IMG/VR virus record: IMGVR_UViG_3300031952_000013
Coordinates: 20,861 to 84,860 of that record
Direction: 5' to 3' (one strand)
From: a virus
Length of the DNA stretch: 64,000 bases
A program made the position numbers and the translations under genes. The notes under the pieces are model-generated. The model saw nothing but the letters and a program-made list of their open reading frames with translations. It was not told the DNA's origin and searched no databases. Of this stretch, positions 57,501-64,000 are shown piece after piece; position 1 is the first letter of the stretch, and every line of letters begins with the position of its first letter.

Positions 57501-57800
57501 TTATTTGGAGTCTCTACACCGTCGAGTTCAGTTGTAGGGGCGACTAAACTATTGATAGAGGTTTCTGGTGTTGTTACAGCTTCTTCCTCTCTGGTTGCGC
57601 TACAGAGAGTTACGTATCCTCTTCATGGTTCTTTTGCTGTTGTTAGTTCTGTTAGTGGTATTCTTGAATGGGTATTCCGTGGTCTTATTAAGAGGTTTGT
57701 GCGTGATGTTCCCAGATTCTTTGAGCGTGATGTCAAGCGTATGCATGAATTGAATAAGGATAGAGAGAGGATATTCGACAGGTCGTCTGGAGATGAGTAG
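54504..57800 (+). CDS. Ser/Thr-rich repeat fibre-like protein with inserted CBM-like domain
   Basis: Dozens of ~19 aa repeats (RKLIGTSAAVSSVSGIL); DGGLESW...YRLSFWYK...YDDASL CBM4/9-like insert. Confidence 0.8.
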   Translation: MAHTYDTKVQFLTGATDPREFAYTCGSGTTLLTLLIVASGLTQRTGGAPTYNNVAFTLGDKQIATTETNVEFWYMVGPPTGSSLTIQIQNDNTRTIFGCAASFKAATGKISALRTCSKTTGSTANPGGPTMTGLKAGDVIVSILGTGDNTFAPTAFSGTDVLYTYDPAAYGMGSQYFFVPSTADKSLTWTEVTAADWATVCASFMERVPLVGTVGASSNVPNTPYVHRTRKAAGISGASSNVPNTPYIHRIRKFAGIVGSEEVEDGGLESWDDAFTPSYWNTWIGGGTTTINKETSSQHSGSACLRFDVDASNNAATVSKHPDYHTQPITAGCLYRLSFWYKTTNGGACCFFFYATVPSTFGLKSDGTFASGYQEIYLAPAASWTQFSINFVAPVGYTDYNLFLFGGGYEPAPSSSIFYDDASLTSIAGVQAVSSSSAVFRKVRPLAGISGASSSVPNISYIRRIRHVTAPVIASVSAATGSITKSIAPKLLVGTSAAQAAIEGIVERVRRLLGITQVASGALGILKETREVVGSFAATSSVSGTTKSTKKLAGTSVALSSTSGVLSRAKKLIGSLAVVSSTSGVLKKVGKFAGISDANFSASGISKISREFVGTSAAVSSASGVLKEVNKLIGTSAALSSVSGVLKKTRKFVGTSAALSSVSGVLKRQRRIIGTSVVISSVSGGLTTGGSASLYGDISAVSSVSGISKVRKEFIGTSAAVASLSGILERVRELVGTSTAVSSTSGILKKRRKLVGTSTAVASVSGILKRRRELIGTSAAISSTTGVLTTQGQVSLYGTVSIVSSVTAVAKVKKEFAGVVAGVSSVPAVPYTHRTREVSSIIASQSSVSGKVSPRRKLIGSAVSVSSTSGIMKVAKPLKGVVGGVSVVSGYAKTRRELVGSVSSTSSVFGVLHPRKKLVGAIGSVSAVTGSLRKFFYFSGLVSSGSSTIGILKRARRILGVVDGVSSLDAYLVTGQEARIRGKIDATSSVSGSWNVDYRLFGVSTPSSSVVGATKLLIEVSGVVTASSSLVALQRVTYPLHGSFAVVSSVSGILEWVFRGLIKRFVRDVPRFFERDVKRMHELNKDRERIFDRSSGDE

Positions 57801-58090
57801 TGGTTAAGAAAGAGTTTTTAATAAACAAATTTTCTGGGGAAGAGTGGGGAGTAGGATTTAAATTTTTTCCCCCTGACCTGAATGTAGGTGAAACGATAAC
57901 AACTTGTGTAGCAACGGTTACTCCTTCGGGTTTGGAGATTCATGGAGACGCGATTATTGATAAGGATGACCGGACAGTTACTCAGGTGATTAGAGGAGGC
58001 ACTTCTGGTATCACCTACACGGTGACGTTTACGACAGAGATTTCTAACGGTTACGTTTTTATTGACCAAGTTCTCGTCCGAATAAAGTAA
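57800..58090 (+). CDS. small Ig-like fibre/tail adaptor protein
   Basis: GETIT ... IRGGTSGITYTV pattern. Confidence 0.6.
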   Translation: MVKKEFLINKFSGEEWGVGFKFFPPDLNVGETITTCVATVTPSGLEIHGDAIIDKDDRTVTQVIRGGTSGITYTVTFTTEISNGYVFIDQVLVRIK

Positions 58091-58094
58091 CTTT

Positions 58095-61000
58095 ATGGCT
58101 ACGTCTAGCAGTTCGCATGTTGCTTTAGTTGTATTTAATACCAGTGGTGCTATTACTGGTCTGAATTATTTAAATTCAGCCTTGGGTCGTACTAGACAAA
58201 GGATGAGTGAGTTTGTAGCGCAGTCTGGTTATTTGGTTTTGGCTTTGACTCGTATTGCAACATACACAGGAATTTTTACCTTCTTTGGTCTTATGGCTAA
58301 GGCTATTAAAGACAATATTGAACTTGAAAGAAGGTTTGCTGAAGTTTCTACCCTGATTAATATGGCTAATGCCGAGCAGGCTAGGGGTTTTGAGGAGGTT
58401 AAACAACAGATTTTGGAATTGAATCCTGCATTGGGTTCTGCAATAGATTTGACTAAGGGTTTGTACGAAATTATGTCAGCTGGTATTAATGAGCCTCAAG
58501 AAGCCATGAAGATTCTTGTGCAGTCAGCCAAGTATGCTAAGGCTGGTTTGACTGATTTAGGTACGTCTGCGGCTACGTTGACTTCAATTATTAAAGCCTA
58601 CCGTCTATCGGCTGATAAGGCTAGAGAATCTTCTGACTATATGTTTGCATCGGTTATGGAAGGTAAATTCCACGCTGAGGATTTGAACGAGGCCTTGGGT
58701 AGAGTTCTTCCTACGGCTGCGGCCATGGGAGTAGGTATTGATGAGGTTGGCGCGGCATTGGCTGTCTTGAGCCAAAGAGGTCTAGACGCTAGTGAGGCTG
58801 CTACAGCGCTGAATAGGATGATGATTTCATTTTTGAAACCGCAGGAGAAATCGGCTAAGGTAATGCATAGTTTGGGGATAGAAACTGGTATAACCGCATT
58901 TCAATCGGGTGGTTTGTTGGGAGCTATGAGACAATTGACTACAGCTATGGCTTCTCATGCTGACCTTTTGCCGATAGTATTTACAAGGGAGAGAGGTCTT
59001 CGTGGTGCATTTATTATGACTGGTAGAGGGGCTGATGAATATGCGAGGATGTTAGAAAAGGTGAGAGCATCAGCTGAGGGAGAAGGTGAGACTGAGAGGG
59101 CTTATCAGAAGATTATTGCGACGACATCTGAAAGGTGGAAGGCTTTAGGCGCACATATTCAGCAGACTATGGCTCAGTCTCATCAGTCAATGACTGGTTT
59201 GAAAAGTCTTATCGGGGTATTAGATGTGGTTTCGACCACGCTGATTACACTTTCTCGTGGGATTGTTTGGGTGGGTTTGGGTTTTCTTGGATTGAAAATA
59301 TCTACTGCGTTGATAACCTCACTGCTGGCTGGGTTGTATAGAACATTAACTATTGTGTTTGCTCAGTTTGAGGCTGCCGGTGGTATGATGGGTAGGTTTG
59401 TTCCTGCACAAATTAACAAGCAAATGAATACGTTAAATCGGGTTATCCCACGGTGGGAAGCGTTAAAAGGGGTTATGTCGTCTGTATTTACTGGTTTGAT
59501 AATTGGTGCTATCGCTTATCAACTAGCTAAACTTGCTATAGAAGCGGTTAATAAAGCTCTTGATGCGGCTATTCAGAGGCAAATTGACTATGGGAATCAA
59601 TTAAGAGCGCGAACTGTAGAGTTAAAAAGGTTGTCCCAGGCGCATAAAGAGGCAACAGGAGAAATAGTCAATTATTCTAAAGAAGTTGAAAACATGGTTG
59701 TTGTATGGACTATGTGGGAGCTTGGTTTGATGGCAGATAAAGTTGATCGGTTGGTTTTTATTATGAATAAAATGGGAGGGGCGGTTAAGTATAGTTTTTC
59801 TGAATCAAGGAAATTTAGGGATGAAGTAGCAGAACTTCTTACAACGATGGAATTGGGTGAGCCGCTTACTCGAAGGCAGTATCAGATTTTACTCGACTTG
59901 GGTAGGGTTTTAGGTTATGATAGTAAGGCTTATAAAACTATTACAGAGTATTCAAAAAAGTACAGTCAGGAGACTGAATATCTCGCTACCCAACAGAGGA
60001 AACTTAATCAATTGTTTGTTCTTCTGGGTAATGCTATGCCTTATGAGTCAATGGACGCGATGGGATTGGCAACAGAGTTGTCTAAAGACGACCTTGTTAA
60101 ATATGGTGATGCAGTCAAGAGAGCGTTGGATACTATGAAAAAAGTGGGAACTACGGACTTTAATGACTTTGTGAAGTGGTTGGAGGCTAGTGGAGAAGAA
60201 ACAGGTGCGTTTAGAAAGAAGCTGGAGGAATTTGATAAGCAACTTACTGCGGCTCGAGGTTTAAAATACCAGGTTGATTTGATGCAGATGGCTAAAGAGG
60301 AAACGAACAGGTTGAGTGCGGCTATGGAAGAATTGTCATTGTCTGACCAGCAGGCGACGGCTAGGGCGAAGGGATTGGCTGATGCCTACGCGGAATACAG
60401 TAAAGTTCTTTCTGATAGCGTGATTGCTAATATCCCTGAGGTCAAGAAGGCTGTTGAAATCTTGATCGCTAACCTGGCCCGTGTTCCGACTGAGTATCAG
60501 GCTTTAATTCTTAAATTGAATGCTATTGCTGAAAAAGACAAGACGGCTGAGATTGCGGCTAAGAAAGCTGAGAACGCACGAGAGTGGGTTATGGATGCCT
60601 GGACTCGGCTGAGTGCTGACTTAGAGACGCTTCAGAATAAGATTAATCAAGACGAAACGAAAAATATAATTACGGATGCTAAAGAGAAAAACGCATTATT
60701 GAAGAAGGATTTGGCAGACAGGTTGGACACTCTTGGTGCTTATTATGCCTATTCAAAGGTTTATCTTGTTCTTAATGCTGTGTTTGCGGCGGCAATGGCT
60801 AAGAGGGAACAAGATGCTCGTACAGCGTCTCTTGCGGACACAATGAAAGAATACGCTGAAGCTCAACAGAAAATGATTCAATCCCATTACGATGGTACTA
60901 CTCAGCGGTTGGCTATTGCTAAGAGAGAGTATCTTGGGATGATGCAGTTTCTAATGGTTTTTGGTTATAAATTTTTCCCTGGAATGGTTGGCTATATGAT

Positions 61001-62849
61001 GACGTTGTGGGAAAAGTTGTGGGGTAATTTTAATGCAAATTTGGAGGATACCAGAACTCCAATGCAGAAGATGATAGAGCGGTTTCAAACTTTGGGTTCT
61101 ATGATTTCGGCTATAACTACCAATTTGCGTGATATGTTTGATACGTTTGGGATTGGAGAATCCAAGGTTCTAGATGTTTTGGATGCGGTTGCTAAGGGGT
61201 TTAATGCTATTGAGCAGTCGTTGAGAGCGGTTGAGGCGGCTGAGTCGGCTGCTGCTGAAGAAGGGGCTAATTTTATTGATAAACTTAATAGAGTAACAAG
61301 TGAAATAGGTTTGGCTATTGCTGTTATTACTACAATAATCAGTTTGTTTTCAAAATTATTTGCAGGAAAAACGGAAGCGGAGAAACTGGCTGATGCGATT
61401 AAGGATATAAAAGAAGAGATGGGATGGTTGGGTGAGATAACGGATGCGACGGCTGAAAAGATTGCGAAGCTCAGAGAGGCGATGGGGGAAGCTGCGGTTG
61501 AGGCTAGAACTCTTGCTGATATGATGAAGGATACTGGAATCAACACTAACAATTATGGGCAATACTTAAACAGAATGATTGATTCTCTTAATGAACTTGT
61601 GTCTGCTTGGAAATTGGCGCAAGATTTGGGGTTTGGTGAGTTTGATATTCAACAGGAACTTGAAGGTCTTGGTAAGGCTTTTGAGGAGATGATTGGTTAT
61701 CTTCAAAGGATAGGGAAAGAGGGGGACGCTGGTATTTTGATATTCATAAAGCGGTTGAGAGAACTTGGTATTACTATAAAAGAAGTAGATGATTATGTTT
61801 ATGGTTGGTTAGAGAGGGCGGCTAAGGGTCTTACTGATATGATTACTGCTGTGACGGGGGCTGGTCCTCAGTTGGAGATTGCTGGCAATCTACTGCTCTC
61901 TGTGTTTAATGCGGCTCTTGCTCAGGGGATGTCTTTGCTTGATGCTTTGAATCTGATAGCTGACCCGTTGGCAGCCCTGTCAGCAAAGTATACGGAACTG
62001 GGTTTGGCTGGTAGTGGAGCGATTGCAGAACTTCTTAAAATTCAGAAGGTTAAGGAAGCAAATGAAGGTTTGTTTGAGGCCATCTCTGGTTTGAATGAGG
62101 TTCTACAGGCTCTTGGAAATACAGGGTTCTTGACGGCTGAAGATTTTTCGGCTATGCAGAGTAGTGTGGGTGAATACTTCAAACAATTAACGGCAGCCGG
62201 ATTGACTTCAAAAGAAGCTCTGGCTGTTCTTGCTCCTATCTTGGCTAACCTTGAATATTATGCCAAGCAGTATGGGTTTGCTCTTGACCCCGCTACTCAG
62301 GCTCTTATTGACCAAGCCAAGGAAGCCGGAGTGTATAAAGAAAAAGCAAAGACTATGGCTGAAGTTCTGGAGGAAGGTTTTGGTAATATCTGCGACAGGT
62401 TAGACCAGATTGTGAAGTATTTTACTGGTGATAATGGTATTCTGGATAACATAGATAAATTTAAGAAGCGGGGGGCTTGGGATGAGTTCAATGAAGGGGC
62501 GAGGGATGCGATAGATAATCTTGATGAAGTTAATAGACGAATGCCAAAAGGTCCTGGGCGTTATGATGGAGGTAACGGGTCAGCGCAGTTTGGAATGACT
62601 AATGTTGGACAGACTCAACTTATTAAAGTTCATCGGGGTGAGTCGATTATTCCTGAAAATATTTCGTCGGTTCTCAGATCGTTCTTTGGAGGGATGTCTA
62701 CTCCTGCGGCTACAGGAGGCCAGGCTGATATGGCACAGGTAACGGTGGAAATAGATGGAATGGCAGTTTATAAGGCTCTAGTTCCTATTATGCGAAAGGG
62801 TATGGGTAAATACGGAGACGTAGAAATACAAGGTGGTGGGGTATTTTAA
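58095..62849 (+). CDS. tape measure protein (TP901-like core)
   Basis: 1584 aa helical; GLYEIMSAG, LG.VLPTAAAMGV..DEVGAALA.LS..G..ASEA.T.L; C-terminal VHRGE.IIP. Confidence 0.93.
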   Translation: MATSSSSHVALVVFNTSGAITGLNYLNSALGRTRQRMSEFVAQSGYLVLALTRIATYTGIFTFFGLMAKAIKDNIELERRFAEVSTLINMANAEQARGFEEVKQQILELNPALGSAIDLTKGLYEIMSAGINEPQEAMKILVQSAKYAKAGLTDLGTSAATLTSIIKAYRLSADKARESSDYMFASVMEGKFHAEDLNEALGRVLPTAAAMGVGIDEVGAALAVLSQRGLDASEAATALNRMMISFLKPQEKSAKVMHSLGIETGITAFQSGGLLGAMRQLTTAMASHADLLPIVFTRERGLRGAFIMTGRGADEYARMLEKVRASAEGEGETERAYQKIIATTSERWKALGAHIQQTMAQSHQSMTGLKSLIGVLDVVSTTLITLSRGIVWVGLGFLGLKISTALITSLLAGLYRTLTIVFAQFEAAGGMMGRFVPAQINKQMNTLNRVIPRWEALKGVMSSVFTGLIIGAIAYQLAKLAIEAVNKALDAAIQRQIDYGNQLRARTVELKRLSQAHKEATGEIVNYSKEVENMVVVWTMWELGLMADKVDRLVFIMNKMGGAVKYSFSESRKFRDEVAELLTTMELGEPLTRRQYQILLDLGRVLGYDSKAYKTITEYSKKYSQETEYLATQQRKLNQLFVLLGNAMPYESMDAMGLATELSKDDLVKYGDAVKRALDTMKKVGTTDFNDFVKWLEASGEETGAFRKKLEEFDKQLTAARGLKYQVDLMQMAKEETNRLSAAMEELSLSDQQATARAKGLADAYAEYSKVLSDSVIANIPEVKKAVEILIANLARVPTEYQALILKLNAIAEKDKTAEIAAKKAENAREWVMDAWTRLSADLETLQNKINQDETKNIITDAKEKNALLKKDLADRLDTLGAYYAYSKVYLVLNAVFAAAMAKREQDARTASLADTMKEYAEAQQKMIQSHYDGTTQRLAIAKREYLGMMQFLMVFGYKFFPGMVGYMMTLWEKLWGNFNANLEDTRTPMQKMIERFQTLGSMISAITTNLRDMFDTFGIGESKVLDVLDAVAKGFNAIEQSLRAVEAAESAAAEEGANFIDKLNRVTSEIGLAIAVITTIISLFSKLFAGKTEAEKLADAIKDIKEEMGWLGEITDATAEKIAKLREAMGEAAVEARTLADMMKDTGINTNNYGQYLNRMIDSLNELVSAWKLAQDLGFGEFDIQQELEGLGKAFEEMIGYLQRIGKEGDAGILIFIKRLRELGITIKEVDDYVYGWLERAAKGLTDMITAVTGAGPQLEIAGNLLLSVFNAALAQGMSLLDALNLIADPLAALSAKYTELGLAGSGAIAELLKIQKVKEANEGLFEAISGLNEVLQALGNTGFLTAEDFSAMQSSVGEYFKQLTAAGLTSKEALAVLAPILANLEYYAKQYGFALDPATQALIDQAKEAGVYKEKAKTMAEVLEEGFGNICDRLDQIVKYFTGDNGILDNIDKFKKRGAWDEFNEGARDAIDNLDEVNRRMPKGPGRYDGGNGSAQFGMTNVGQTQLIKVHRGESIIPENISSVLRSFFGGMSTPAATGGQADMAQVTVEIDGMAVYKALVPIMRKGMGKYGDVEIQGGGVF

Positions 62850-63949
62850 TGGGAAGCAACAGATTTCTGTATGATACGATTACCCGAAGTGGTGTGATTG
62901 CTCCTCTTTATTCTGCCGACTACCATCCTTCCCACCCTGTAGAGAACCTGAGGAGTCTTTGGAGTGATTATGCTTATCGGACAAAGTATGGTAGTGGGTC
63001 TGGATGGGGGTATTTTAAGATTGATGCGACTAATAACTACATAGATTTTAATGATGGTTCAGTACGTGCGGCTAATCTGACTATAGGTGATTATGATGGA
63101 GACTCTCTTGCTTCTCATATAGCTGCTAGGATGACAGCTGTTGGTGGTCAAACTTATACTTGCGTTTACTCAAATACGACAAATAAGTTTACAATTTCGG
63201 CTTCAGGGACTTTCTCTATTCTGTGGTCTACAGGGTCTCATCATTCAACTACTGTTGGAGAGCACATTGGATTTTATATTTCTCAAGATGATACGGGGAC
63301 TAATACTTACACGGCTGATTATGTTAGGTCACATAATTATGGTGGATTTCAGATTGATTCTTGGGATGGTTCATCTATTGCGACAACGGGGTGTGTACTT
63401 ATTGGATTGAATTTGACTTCTAGTTATCAGATATTGAGATTGGAGAGGTGGTATAATTCTGTTTGGGAGAGTATAGGAGACCTTACTTACAGCAGCACCG
63501 ATGGTAGGGCTTATATTTTTTATGCTCCTAAAAGTGCTACTAAGTACAGGGTAGTTGCTAGGGATTGGACTAATCCTGATAAGTATCTTGAATTTGGTGT
63601 GCCTATTCTTGGTGGTTATGTTGATTTGAGTCGGGGTTATGAATATGGGGCTACTGTTACTCACGATGATACTTCTCAAAAAGCCTACTCTAAGCATGGA
63701 TATTTGAATATTGTGGTGGGATTTGAGCAGGTGGTTCGGGCTGTTCAGTATGAGGTTATGACAGCGGATGAGACTAAGATTGATACGTTTTGGGATAGTG
63801 TAATGGAGAGGTACCCGTTTGTTTTTATTGGGGATTCAGCTGTTCCTTTCTCAGATATGACTTATGCTATTCTGAGAGCGGGGATTGAGAAAACAAGGTT
63901 AGATGAGTATTTTCAGAAGGTTACTATGGTTTGGGAGAAAGTTCTATAG
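62849..63949 (+). CDS. distal tail / tail structural protein
   Basis: Directly after TMP; beta-rich. Confidence 0.65.
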   Translation: MGSNRFLYDTITRSGVIAPLYSADYHPSHPVENLRSLWSDYAYRTKYGSGSGWGYFKIDATNNYIDFNDGSVRAANLTIGDYDGDSLASHIAARMTAVGGQTYTCVYSNTTNKFTISASGTFSILWSTGSHHSTTVGEHIGFYISQDDTGTNTYTADYVRSHNYGGFQIDSWDGSSIATTGCVLIGLNLTSSYQILRLERWYNSVWESIGDLTYSSTDGRAYIFYAPKSATKYRVVARDWTNPDKYLEFGVPILGGYVDLSRGYEYGATVTHDDTSQKAYSKHGYLNIVVGFEQVVRAVQYEVMTADETKIDTFWDSVMERYPFVFIGDSAVPFSDMTYAILRAGIEKTRLDEYFQKVTMVWEKVL

Positions 63950-64000
63950 GGAGAATTGAGTGGCAGTAGTTGGTTTGTCTGGGACTTCTGCTGCGTCATT

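Overview
A 64 kb slice of an uncultured tailed dsDNA phage genome (siphovirus-like), with essentially all genes on a G/T-rich + strand. The order is: (i) small early hypothetical genes with an atypical tRNA-His, plus a largely non-coding G-rich / AT-rich / hairpin-rich region at about 3.5-5.0 kb; (ii) regulators (LuxR-type HTH, ECF-like sigma), HolB- and HolA-like clamp-loader subunits and a cassette-like array of small genes at 14.7-17.2 kb; (iii) a replication/recombination block with a family A polymerase carrying a DnaE-like C-terminal tail, GT4, RlpA, an SSB, RecA, a split SbcC plus SbcD, a PD-(D/E)xK nuclease, beta clamp, RuvC-like resolvase, family-4 UDG, a TIGR03960/DUF2344-like radical SAM and DnaX; (iv) the morphogenesis module (TerL, Mu-like portal and protease, decoration protein, MCP, neck, tail tube, chaperones, a GT2/methyltransferase-plus-adhesin island, tape measure). 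The strongest candidates for novelty are a hybrid PolA / Pol III-type replisome, the coupled UDG-radical SAM pair, an inverted-repeat-bounded ORF with a pseudoknot, a motif-shuffling small-gene array, and a Tat-signal copy of a virion domain. All family calls are motif recognition by eye; no database searches were run.
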